NCBI RefSeq assembly: GCF_964204645.1
Contig: NC_134032.1
Span: 5,630,275-5,694,274, forward strand
Length of the DNA stretch: 64,000 nt
From: Tubulanus polymorphus
Taxonomy: Eukaryota > Animalia > Nemertea
Direction: 5' to 3'
The notes beneath the pieces are model-generated. The model was not told where the DNA came from. It did no database searches and saw only the letters and a list, made by a program, of their open reading frames with translations. Shown piece after piece: positions 1 through 12,184 of the stretch (within the stretch, counting starts at the first letter, position 1; each line of letters begins with the position of its first letter). Made by a program: the position numbers and the translations under genes.

Positions 1-2
1 GA

Positions 3-1943
3 ATGCGCAATAGACGATCTGATGCGTTGAGCGCGATAAATATCGACAAGGTTAAATCGTTCTATCATCGGGGGGGGGACATCTCTCGTGTTCTTCCATC
101 GAAGCGATATGCGAACAAACATGGTCCCGGATATTCAATGCAAGTATCAATCTTGGCGGCCTTTCAAATATTCCATAAGGAAAATCCTGACGTTAAAATC
201 GGCCTAACAAAATTCACTTTGCTACATCCTAAGAATGTTCGAAAACTAAACACCACATTAGAAACGTGTGAATGTGAGTACTGCCAGAACGTCAGATACA
301 AGTTGCGCGCGTTATCGATCCATGGAGTCCGCTATACCGATGAAAATAAATTCATTGACGCGTTACTTTGCGAGAAATCAGATGGTGCACGTTTTCATTT
401 ACCCCCCTGTATTAAAAAAATATGTGACAAATGTGGCTATCATTCTAAAACCATCCAAAATTTATGTGAATCCATCCTCGGAAATACAATATTAACATGG
501 AACCACTGGGAAAAAAAACATGATCCCACTAACATTACCGCCCCACCAAAGAACGTCCTTTTGTGTAAACAATCAACCCTGAATGAGATTATATCAGAAT
601 TTACACTAGACATATCAAACTGCGGTGGTGTTAGCTTTGTGCGGCACAATTTTACTGCCCGTTGGCAATGGTTTCAATACCGCTCCCTCAAAGATAAACT
701 ACCCAAAACAATGGCCATAGCCATTTCTGATTTCGCAAAGAACCGAGAGATTAAATATCAGAACGAAATAAAATCTGCATTCTTCGGCAAAGCCCAAATA
801 ACCATCCATCCGACAATCTTTTTCTACAAATCTCAATATGAACCCGATCGTCTTATCAGACATGCAGTTGTAGTCGTGAGTGATGACCGCCACCACGATT
901 ACCACGCAGTTAACTCGTTCCTGAACGAATCGTACGATGAATTCGAAAATCAGGGCATCAAAGATTTGGTAGCCTTTTCTGATGGCTGTAGTTCACAGTA
1001 CAAAGGAAAGGGAATGTTTGCTAATTTGTCCCTATCCCCTCTCTCGATCCAGAGACACTACTTTGGGTCCGAACACGAAAAGGGTGAGGGAGACGGAGAG
1101 ATAGGGACAATCAACCGATGCGTCGATCGTGCCATCGCAGCAGGCATGGTTATAACTGATGCCCATTCATTTTTCAATTACTGCCGAGACAATCTTACAT
1201 CAGACCACCCCCTATCTAAAAGAACATTCGTGTACATAAGTAAAAACACCATCAACAGAAACAGACCGGAAACACACATTAAGACACTTTAGGGGTGCAG
1301 GCGTCGCCACGCCTTTTACAAACACACACACCCATATCAGTTAGTAGTAAGGAACTTTAGCTACTTCTGTGACGTTTGCTTAGACTACCCGTTGAATGAC
1401 AATGCCACGGCGCCATCAAAATGCAAAAACGAGGCTTATGTTGGGCCATTGAAAATAGAACCGTTACGGCTCGAAGACCCCTCAATGATGATCGATGAAG
1501 AACGAAGAGAGGAACCCGAAACTGTTGTTCTTCATGTTACAGTCCCTCTGTCGGCTGACGTCGAGGATCAGTCTGATCTTAATTATAAGGCAAGTCCAAC
1601 AACACGACAAAATAAAACAACGCTTTCGTGAAAAGTTGTATAAAATTCATTTTTATTGCTGAACTTACCTTCTTATTTTTTCGGTCAGGTTGGTGAATAC
1701 CATGCGGTTTTTTATGACCGCCGATTTTACATCGGTCGGATCGAGAAGATGGAAGGTGAAAACGTGACACTCACCATCCTGTACAGGACAGGCAATAGAT
1801 TTGAATGGCCGCGCCGCCCAGATATTGAAAGTGTACCAAAAGCCCTGCTTTTTTACAGGCCAGTAAAAATAAATGGCCATGGGCCATTTACTATTGAGAA
1901 CTTGAAAGAAATCGACGAGCAATACAAGCAGCTGGGTGACTGA
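3..1943 (+). pseudogene. Sola2-like DDD transposase, probably inactive (premature stop; begins at or before the window edge)
   Basis: ORF 3-1292 has CECEYCQN, SDFAKN..EIKSAFF..QITIHP, SDDRHHD, FSDGCSSQYK and FGSEHEKGEGDGEIGTINR, matching my recollection of Sola2-type motifs (DFAEN, SDG..QYK, HGKG..DG.GG..KR). After TAG 1290-1292 the same frame continues (GCRRRHAF..RNFSYFCDVC..CKN) into ORF 1392-1631. A phase-0 intron 1590-1688 would join this to VGEYHAVFYDRRFYIGRIE..., stop at 1943. Confidence 0.8.
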
Positions 1944-3978
1944 GACGACACGTTGAACGTTGAAATAATCAAATTGAATGAACATGTCAAATATTATGTA
2001 GTTTTGTTTTAGATATAAAACAATGAATGTTTTTTTGAAAATAAATTTGTTGGCAGTTCAGAAATGTTGACTCTGATGATATTCTGACGTGAACATTTAT
2101 CAAGTGCGTGCCGACGCATGCATGCATTGAAATATCGGCGCGCGCGCGTTCAACATTCCTAGAATTTGCGCGGGAACTGGCATACCGGCGCAAAAATCAA
2201 TGAGTCATATACATTTTATATATTTAACTAGCGCGCTGATATTTCAATGCTTGTATAGTATTCCTAGAATCTACACTGGAACGCTGCGTGAAAATCAATA
2301 AGTGAGTCATCAGGTTTCTCAATGTGTTGCTACCTGCAGTGTTACGACCGTGTCGTTATCGTGGCATCTACTCGCTGTAGTATAAAACGTAATAATATAA
2401 ACAACAAGCCTATACTTGTGCTGCCAACAAGGATAAACTCATAAACCATCATGGATCTCACTATTGACTCAATTACGTGCATTTTTAATTACGTGCATTT
2501 TTACGAACGTATCTCCAACACTAAGGATACGTTCTTATAGATTTGGTCAATAAATACGTTCGTAAATCTAACTTTGAAACGGTGGGTATTGATCATCTTG
2601 GGTGACTGGAATGAACCATCCCCTTTCATGGCTTCTTTGTGATCTCAGTTAATAGAAAATCACTGCATTAGATACCCAAGATTGATAAAATTCCAACGAA
2701 AAAATTAATTTCCGCTGATTTTTAAGTCTTCACAAAAGTGAAATTGATAGGCTTTTTTCGGAAAAAATTATCAAAATGTCAATCAATTGTTTTGTTTTTA
2801 TGCAATTATGACACAAATACTTCAAATAAATTGTATATTTTATTATCTTAATTGCAAACAATAAAGTGTACAAGTATGTCAAACATGTATACCAGAAAAT
2901 CAAGGCTTGATAGGTGCACACCACTGACTGAGAAATTTTCATATTAAAGTGCAAAAACTATCTTTAGCTTACCATTTTCTGAAAAAACAAAGTCTATAAC
3001 ACATGTTATTCAAAAGAAAACATTATTATTTAAAAAATAAGTTTTTTACATCCCAAGTAGATTTTGGGTCTATTTACTGTGAAATCTGTCCTACGTGGGC
3101 CTATATCATATTATTATACATATATAATATTTATAGTATATTACATCGAGTATGTTGAGTTTCCTAATTCAACAACGTTGGTGCTACTTTATGAAATTGG
3201 ACAAATATTTAAGAAGAAAGTAGACTGGTTGCCGGTCTCTTGGACAGTCTAAGAGAGTCGAAATAGGGAATTTTTCTAGCGTTCAGATGCAAAGAGAAAT
3301 AAAACCCATAAGAAAAAAGATTTTTAGAAAGATAGGCCTAGTGAATTCTTCATCGCTATTGCACTTTTGCACCCCCTTTTCTATAAATGTTTATTTTTGC
3401 GTATTAATTGTCAGGGAGGTTTAGGGATTCAAAATCAGTAACTTTTGACCAAAAAGCTTACATTTTCTATTTTATAATTTCGCTATTTTGGGCCATGACA
3501 ATTGGAAGTTCGCAAAAACCAAGTTTTCAAACATAACCATTTCTTGAAATGACGTGTTAGGATGTAGGCTATTACTTAACTTAAATGTGTAGCTTGTGAT
3601 TTAAAGATGTTCTGATGAAGGCAAGTTAAAGCTATATCATCAGATGAAAACCATCGAAGACTTGCGAGACACTCCAAAGTGATCCAGACACACTTGAATC
3701 TTGGTCTTCAAACTGGCAATTCTCGTGAAGTGTGAACGCCTGAGGATCGGTAAATACCACCAGCCCCGTCAGCCAGTTGAGGGTCCAATGTTGGCCTTTC
3801 AGTCAGTTTTGAGCAGTTCTGAACTGTTACAAATGGGGTGGTAAATTTTTTCCTCGACCTCAGCTGCTCTACAGGAAAGGCAGGCTGAATCCTCCTTCAG
3901 GTTCCAATCTGTATAGGGAGTTTGGAAGTGTTGCAACCTGAGCCTGGTTTAAAGTTATGTGTTATTTATTTGATACAG

Positions 3979-4145
3979 AGTTAACGGATGACGTTCTTGG
4001 TGACTATGTACGAAACCGGTTAGAACTACTGGACGAGCTTGTCGCGCACGCACCTGACAATGACTGGTTCCGCTGGTGCGATAAGCGTCAGCTATTGGGC
4101 AGAACATGCAATGCCAACAAACAGAAAAAATCTGCGGGAACAATT
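3979..4145 (+). CDS. Internal coding exon of the zinc-finger gene (shared N-terminal part; LTDDVLGDYVRNRLELLDELVAHAPDNDWFRWCDKRQLLGRTCNANKQKKSAGTI)
   Basis: Acceptor ttatttatttgatacAG (AG 3977-3978), open frame (ORF 3957-4178), consensus donor GTAAGT at 4146 in phase 0, compatible with the next exon. Upstream exons not identified. Confidence 0.7.
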
Positions 4146-4946
4146 GTAAGTTTCCGAAAAAAACTAGATCGGTTTTAGATTAGATACTGACTGGGTACCC
4201 TCATTTAATTCAGGCCTAAAGATTACTCCAAATATTTGGGACGAGTGGGCTGAATCTTACGTACCAATTCAGTAATGATTTAACCCTTTACCGCGGCATA
4301 TTCTGAGGCATATTTCACCCTATCCAATTGGGTGTGTTCTAGACCCCATATCTCCTATTTATTATAACAAAGACATTGTTATGGTATGAGTAAACTTAGT
4401 AGATCATTTATTGTAAATAAAAATGAATAAAAAATGATCAAAACATCCAAACTCACTGTTTTCTTTCGTATTTAACACATCGAATTCCGGGGCGACCCCT
4501 ACCTAGCCACTGAGTGGGGGTGGGAAAAAAATCAGGGTGATTTGGCCTGATATCAGGGAATTCATGAACTGAATCTGTTTCTATTTTGTTCCCTGACAGT
4601 TGGCTATCATTACCTGTCCGCAAATACTTCAATACCGCTAACTGAGTCAGTCTGAATAAAGCCTTTTGTTTCGTTGATATTGTATTGACTGGCGGCCATT
4701 GTTCATTCACAAAGTTCCACTTCAAACGGTATTTCGTTGCTATTTTCTAAAGTAAAATCCGTTTTTCTTTACAAACCCGGAAATGTTTACTTATTTACCA
4801 TGTAATGGCTATATCAGATACGACTGGCTAAGTCGTGAAATTATATCATTCATGCTGGCTATGACTCCTAAATCCACTTTAGATTTTCATCACTCCAATT
4901 ATCTGGATTGATTTTCTCTGATAATTTTTTTCTTGCATTTTTCCAG

Positions 4947-5055
4947 ACGGAAGAGAAATATTTCAATATTCTACGCTCAGACGCACAGGAGACTCTAGCA
5001 GCTGAGGCTCCTGTGGAGGAAATAGTTAAAACTACGATTCAGAATCTAGTGAAAG
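4947..5055 (+). CDS. Internal coding exon of the zinc-finger gene (TEEKYFNILRSDAQETLAAEAPVEEIVKTTIQNLVK)
   Basis: Strong polypyrimidine acceptor tttttcttgcatttttccAG (4945-4946) in phase 0; donor AAAG|GTATGT at 5056 in phase 1; lies in ORF 4908-5147. Confidence 0.75.
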
Positions 5056-5632
5056 GTATGTGCGCGAAAAATGTTTGCTATTCAGAGAATTTGGAATACT
5101 TACTTAATATTATTCACTGCACTTATCCGCAAATAAAAAGTAGTTAAATCCCCCATAGACGTCATCAAGTTACCTACTAGTGATTTCATCTAAAGACACG
5201 TCTTGAATAGCTAGATCATACACAATTCCAGAGTACGTATGGCCACTCATTAATCCCCCGATAACATCGTGAAATTATGTGCTAGTGACTTGATCTATAG
5301 ATATTTCAAGAAGAGATGGCTGCCTCCATAAATCCCACTATGACATAATTGGGTTATAGTTCCTTCGAGAAAAGATGTCTGCCTCCATGATTCCCCCTAT
5401 GACTACCCTGAATGTAGTTTAATGTGTGCAGACAATGATTTTGAGAATCTTATGTTCATCATGAAGGTTTCAATAGTTTGAAAAGCAAGTTAAAACAACA
5501 CGGCACATTGAAAATTATTTGGTTGAAATCTTTTCGAGTATTAAAAAAAGCTCTTCCAAATCGGCACGAATCGATTGAAGAAAAACCAAAATTCCATCAT
5601 TTACACAACGTGTTGTTTTTTCTTGGTTGCAG

Positions 5633-7815
5633 ATGAATTGATTCATCGCAGTGTCCGTGACAAATTTTCCGATCATTCTCTGAAGCCATGGCGCACTGGT
5701 GTTGTTGGCACACTTGACGATAGTGCCGAGTTATGGAACAAAAGTGTCGTGAATGGTCTTGTAACGTACCGGTGTTACGTCTGTTTTGATGAATTTCCGA
5801 GGGCCGACGATGTAGTGGTGCATTTATGTTCCCATGACGTCTACAACGCCCCCGATTTCAAGTGCAAGAAATGCGGCATCTCATGCTGCTCCAAACAGAA
5901 TTTGACATGTCATTTGGCATCGCATGTAATCACAGTTTACACGTGCACCACATGTGGGGATAAATTTGTTCGTTTGAGGAATCTGCGCGTACACATGAGC
6001 ACAGTGCACGCGCGCACACTGCCTTGTAAATGCCACCGCTGTGCATGCGAATTCAATACCAATGCTGAGAAACAAGCGCATGTTCGCATCACACATGTCG
6101 GACGACGACATCAGTGTTTGGCATGTGCATCCACGTTCGCAAATCCGACTCGGATGTTTGCGCATATGCTGAACGCGCACTCGTCACAAGTGCATGTCGC
6201 AGCCGGGCAGTGCGGGTTTACAATCAACGGGCAACTGGTGACCTCAATCGCGCAGACGGAGGTTGGTCAGGCAGGAGGCAAGCGGACGGAGATCAGGCGG
6301 ACGGAGGTGGCTCAGGTGGAGGTCGCACAGATGAAGGACAGGCAGACAGAGGTTGGCCACACAGATGTTGCACACACAGAGATCACGCCAAATCATAGTG
6401 AAAATTGTGAACTAACTGATGATGGCGATGATGAAAATGATATTAAAAAACGGACGAAAGTGAAAGGGAAATACGCGTGCGCCGAATGCGAATTGAATTT
6501 TGCTCGGAGGTCTGACTGGGGCGCGCATATGAAACACCTACATGCAGTTAACACCCCCTATCAGTGTCAACTGTGCGACGACAGAGCATATGGGAGTTTC
6601 GCTGTTTTGCGACGCCACTGTAAATCCAAACATGCCAGTTATAAGATAGCGACAGACGGAACGCTGACCTTGCTGGGCGACGGACGGGGAGAGCGACCCG
6701 CGCTGTTTCGATGCGACTTTTGTGCATGTAATTTCCACGAGAATTACAGTTGGAAGCTTCATATGCGCGATCAGCACTGCATCCTTAAACCGTACTCATG
6801 TAAATTATGTGACACCATGTTCGAGAAAATCTCCGAACGTACAGAGCACGTGCGACAACATCACCTCGAGACTATAACATGTGAATTATGCGGTTTTGTT
6901 GATGATGACTTGTTTGTATTGAATCAGCATCGTGCAATGCACCTGACCCGGTTGCTGCGCGGTTTACCAATCGTGGCTGTTCAACGAAACACGTTTAAAT
7001 GCGGGCGTTGCGCAAAATTGTTGCGCTCGTCAAGTGATATACGTCGGCACATGCGTAATGCACACGCCCTCAATGTTGCTTTCACTTGCCGCCGGTGCGA
7101 CCTTGAGTTTTCAACCTTCTCAGAGAAGCGAGCGCATGAAAAAAAGCACGGCACGCGACAGCACGAGTGCGACCAGTGTGGGAAGGTGTTTGCACGTCCC
7201 GGTCGGCTCGCAGAGCATCGTGCGTTGCACACCGCCGGTACACCCGCAACGAGAAACATGGACACAAATTTCGTGTGCGATATTTGCGGTAAGAGCTTTG
7301 CACGAAAAAGCACGCTGGCTTGGCACCGGAGAATCCACACCGATCATTTCAAATGTCCGTACTGTGACCTGGTCGTGCATTACGCCTCGCGTCTAAGAGA
7401 GCATGTAGCGTCTCGCCATCCTGGCAAGTCATATTACTCATGTACGGCGTGTGCACGAATGTTCGTGACTGCAGACACTGCCAGTCAACATATCGATGTT
7501 TGTGCGGGCAGTTCAATCGTTGAGGCGTTGTCGACCAATTGGTCGCAGTTTGTTTGCGATGTCTGCTCAAAGGTGTTCGCGTCGAAGCGGTTTTTGACTG
7601 CGCACAAAAAGGTGCACCTCGCTGCCACGAAACGGTACACATGTAAGGAGTGCCCGCGTGTGTACACAAGTGCGGCATCGCTGCGGGAACATGAGAACGT
7701 GCATCTGGGTGTGCGCCCGCATATCTGCGACTACTGCGAAAAGTCGTTCATTTATAGATCGGGATTGCGAATTCATATCAAACGTAATCATAAAGACCCA
7801 ATATGCGTTAATTGA
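5633..7815 (+). CDS. C2H2 zinc-finger terminal exon A (about 19 fingers, one C2HC)
   Basis: ORF 5575-7815 with repeated C-x2-C-x12-H-x3/4-H motifs; acceptor tgttttttcttggttgcAG| at 5631-5632, phase 1; stop TGA at 7813-7815. Confidence 0.92.
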
Positions 7816-8029
7816 ATAAGCCATCGTTAATGCTATATAGATCGCTATATGAACTATTAATTTGTTGTTGTACAAAATAGAAATAGCGCAGTCAGTTGCT
7901 GTGATTTAAATTGAAGACCAGTGTAAACCTGTTTTGTTTCTATTATCGTCTATAGCCAACTTCATATTTTAAATATAGCTGCAAAGCAGCGATAACGGGT
8001 TTTCTGCACAGTCTTAGAATCCTGTTCAA

Positions 8030-8275
8030 CGGTGGATTTCGACGAAGCATTTGATAAGGCACAACATCAGCCATTACTAAACAGGCTATTAGGAAACAGT
8101 ATCAATGATAGGTCGCCCAAATGGCTCAGCAGTTATCTCTGAACAAAAACTTGTAGCCAAAATCAACGGAACGCCTCATCTTGGAATAAGTCGGTCAAAC
8201 TAGTGGAGTCACGCAAGGTAGTATCCTAAGTTGTCTTCTGTTTAATGTCCTGACAAATGACATACACAGTAATCC
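8030..8275 (+). pseudogene. Fragment of CR1/L2-like non-LTR reverse transcriptase carried inside H1 (also about 11860-12105 + and about 44140-44375 -)
   Basis: With frameshifts translates to VDFDEAFDKAQHQPLLNRL..I....KWLSSYL...KING....TSGVTQGSILS.LLFNVLTND, matching the LINE RT DFxKAFDxVxH and SGVPQGSxLGPxLF motifs. Confidence 0.8.
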
Positions 8276-9324
8276 AACATATACCAGACCGAGTAAATTT
8301 CCAAATCGACCTTAACACGCTGTTCGACCAAAAAACTTAATGTTCCAACAAGAAAATCTTGTTCGAATGAAAATAATTCTGTTTGATCGAACAATACGCT
8401 TTTGCTTGAACCAAAAATTTTCTTCATTCTGACAAAAAATGTGTTCGAATAAAAAGCTGTTATTGTTGAAATGAAAAATTTTTAGTCCCGGCAAAAAAAT
8501 TTGGTTGAGCGAAAACAATTTTTTCGAACGAATGTTTGAATGAAAACAATTCTGTTCGATTGAACGAAATACTTAATACTTTCGGTTCGGAAAAAAAACT
8601 TTTTTCAATATACTTGTTGGAACGAAAAACTTAATGTTCTGACAAGAAAATTCTGTTCAAATTAAAACGATTCTGTTCAATTGAACGATTGTTCGAACGA
8701 AAAACCTTTCGTTTGGACAAAAAAAAAAGTTTGTTCAACTTTGTTCTAACGATTTTTTCAAATTGGTTCAATCGTATAGAATATTATTGGTTCGAACGAA
8801 ATAAATTTTGTTCCGACGAAAGAATTTTCAAGCGAAAGGTCTTTTGAACGAAAAAAAAAGATATTTCTGGTGCTCCGCAGTAACTTAAAGCCGGACGTAG
8901 GTTGGTCTTGTGACACGATCCAACTCGAAAAGTTGCCATATTTATGTCGACATACCGCAATTTATCGCGTCAAGTCGACATGAATATGTCGATATATCGT
9001 GACGTTTTGACGACATATTTCGTTTTCTCAACCATTTTCCTCGCGACAAGTCGACATATTCATGACGACTTGAAACTCAGTCGTCATATTACTGGCGTCC
9101 TCATCTAACATTTAGACATGTCTTCAAATGACGACTTGTTCCGTGGAAAATGAGCAAAAAAGCGAAATTTGTCATATATATGGCGACATGTCGAGTTTGA
9201 ACGCGACAACTCGAGGCCCTTTATCACTTCCGTACTATATCAGATTAATCGACTTCAAAATAGGCGAAAGCATAAGTCTTTATTACGTTATTAATTGGCC
9301 TAATTATTCAAAAGCTAATAAAGT

Positions 9325-10480
9325 GGGCGACAAAACCAAAAAAATTAATTGTCGCGGCGATAAAACCAAAATAATCAATTGTCGCGGGCAACAAAACCAA
9401 AAAAAATGAATTGTCGCGGGCGACAAAACAAAAATCTTGAATTGTCGCGGGCGACAAAACCAAACTAATGAAATGTCGCGGGCGATAAAACCAAAATAAT
9501 GAATTGTCGCGGGCGATAAAACAAAAATAATGAATTGTCGCTGGCGATAAAACCAAAATATTGAATTGTCGCGTGGGACAAAACCAAAATATTGAATTGT
9601 TGTGGGCGATAAAACCAAAATAATGAATTGCCGCTGGCGATAAAACGAAAATATTGAATTGTCGCAGGCGATAAAACCGCGGCAAAAAAAAAAATTGTCG
9701 CGGGCGATAAAACCAAAATAATGAATTGTTACGTGCGACAAAACCAAAATAATGAATTGTCGCGGGCGATAAAACCAAAATATTGAATTGTCGCGGGCGA
9801 CAAACCGAAAATATTGAATTGTCGCGGGCGACAAAACCAAACTAATGAATTGTCGCGGGCGATAAAACCAAAATAATCAATTGTCGCGGGCGATAAAACC
9901 AAAATAATCAATTGTCGCGGGCAACAAAACCAAAAAAAATGAATTGTCGCGGGCGACAAAACAAAAATCTTGAATTGTCGCGGGCGACAAAACCAAACTC
10001 ATGAAATGGCGCGGGCGATAAAACAAAAATAATGAATTGTCGCGGGCGATAAAACCAAAATATTGAATTGTCGCGGGCGACAAACCGAAAATATTGATTT
10101 GTCGCGCGTGACAAAACCAAATTAATGAATTGTTGCGGGCGATAAAACCAAAATAATCAATTGTCGCGGGCGATAAAACCAAAATAATCAATTGTCGCTG
10201 GCGATAAAACCAAAATATTGAATTGTCGCGGGCGACAAAACCAAAAAAATTAATTGTCGCGGGCAATAAAACCAAAATCTTGAATTGTCGCGGGCGACAA
10301 AACCAAAATAATGAATTGTCGCGGGCGACAAAACCAAAATAATGAATTGTCGCGGGCGATAAAACCAAAATAATGAATTGTCGTGGGCGACAAAACCAAA
10401 ATATTGATTTGTCGCGGGTGACAAAACCAAATTAATGAATTGTCGCGGGCGACAAAACCAAAATTATTGTTTTGTCGCGT
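9325..10480. repeat. 31-bp tandem satellite, array 1 (about 37 units)
   Basis: Unit approximately AAAACCAAAATAATGAATTGTCGCGGGCGA(T/C), head to tail, with internal palindrome TTGTCGC-GG-GCGACAA. Confidence 0.95.
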
Positions 10481-12184
10481 TATTTTAGTTTTGTCGTTTT
10501 GTCATAATGTCGCCCTCATTTGCATATACATGTTTTTTTACGCATGGCCCTTATCAGCCACCATACTAAAGCCTTAAGGTCGCGTAAAACTCGATAAACT
10601 CTTCAAGCGACACAGCGAACGATCTCCTTTCCCCCACAGCGAACGCTTAACCTAGTAGAGGCTACTAGCATATGTAGGCCTATGTATATGCGTAGGCCTA
10701 ACATCTGGACAGATTGGTCGTAGGCCTATTGAATAACAACCCACCTAAATATTGTAAATTTTGTTTTGAAGTTCAATCCAATGAGTCCGTTAATAAACGC
10801 AACAATTATACCTTGTTTGTTTGAGACAGTAAAGCTCAGTACTGGTAGGCCTAAAGCCGCGTCAAACTCGATAAACACTCCAAGCGACACAGCGAACGAT
10901 CCCTTTCCCCCACAGCGAACGCTTACTCCGAATGTCAAGTGTGAGTCCAGCATACGGAAAGGATTGTGTTGTATACTTGTATTTAGTAAATACCTTGTGC
11001 ATATGACAATGATCGGTATGTACTGTAGGAAATATAGAGTATTGATGGTATTGATATAGAGGTTGAAGCCCGCGGCCGAATAAAGTAATATATTCTTTCA
11101 TTTTGATACCTCGTCGACATAACAGCTTTTCTCCGCTATATCTCTACGGCGTGTTTAGTTTAGGCCTACGACTCCCCGGTACACTTATGATTTATCTTAG
11201 TAAATACACGGTTAATTTGATAAAGAAAAATAGGCATTGCTAAACTAATTGCATGACGCCCGCAGCCAAATCACTGGTAGTAATAAATTAATTTGTACTC
11301 GATTTGATTCTCATGATGAGTTGAAACTCGCAGCTGATCCCCGGAACGACGATATAGTGACACACGTCGATTCGTCGATGTTTACGGCTCGACAGTGCTT
11401 TTAAAATCTAAAGTAGTAAATTTCCTGTATATCGGTAATACGAATTGATGAGGAAAATGGGCTATTGTTAAAATTATTTTTTAAAAACTGCGACAGAATG
11501 TGCAATCTTTGGTTAATAAATTTGTTAATTTATGCTTGAATTGATAATTGATGTGACAAGAAACGTGCGGTAGATTTCGAAAAGAGGACTTAGAAAAACA
11601 TGTCGGCTCTTTGAATGGGGCTCAATTTTCGATGTTTTCGGCCCGACAGTGCTTTTGTAACGATGATTCTTCAAAAAACGCATGGGGTATTTGTAGATCG
11701 AAGTTAGCTGAATGATATCAGACGGATTGTATCGACAACGGCATCAAGGTAACAAAGCCTTGGTTCTTTTAGTAAAAATAGTGTGGAAGAAAATAATAAT
11801 AAATATAGCTGCAAAGCAGCGATAACGGGTTTTCTGCACAGTCTTAGAATCCTGTTCAACGGTGGATTTCAACAAAGCATTTGATAAGGCTCAACATCAG
11901 CCATTACTGAACAGGCTATTAGGAAACAATATCAATGATAGGTTGCCCAATTGGCACAGCAGTTATCTCTGAACGGAAACTTGTAACCGAAATCAACGGA
12001 ACGCCTCATCTTGGAGTGAGACGGTCTTACTAGTGGAGTCACGCAAGGTAGTATCCAAGTCGTCTTCTGTTTAATGTCCTGACAAATGACATGCACAGTA
12101 ATCCAAAATATACCAGACCGAGTAAATTTCCAAAACAACCTTAACACACTGTTCGACCAAAAACTTAATGTTCCGACAAAACCA

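Noticed and set aside
3610-3650. CTGATGA...TCATCAG, possible hammerhead or Penelope scar
   Set aside because: No closed stem II followed by GAAA on either strand, and adjacent translations show no convincing GIY-YIG or RT motif.
5575-5632. ORF-track N-termini of the three zinc-finger ORFs (also 16009-16048 and 22473-22491)
   Set aside because: They start at TTG/GTG and translate polypyrimidine tracts (CCFFLVA, CFLFS, YFIDS); these are intron ends, not real starts.
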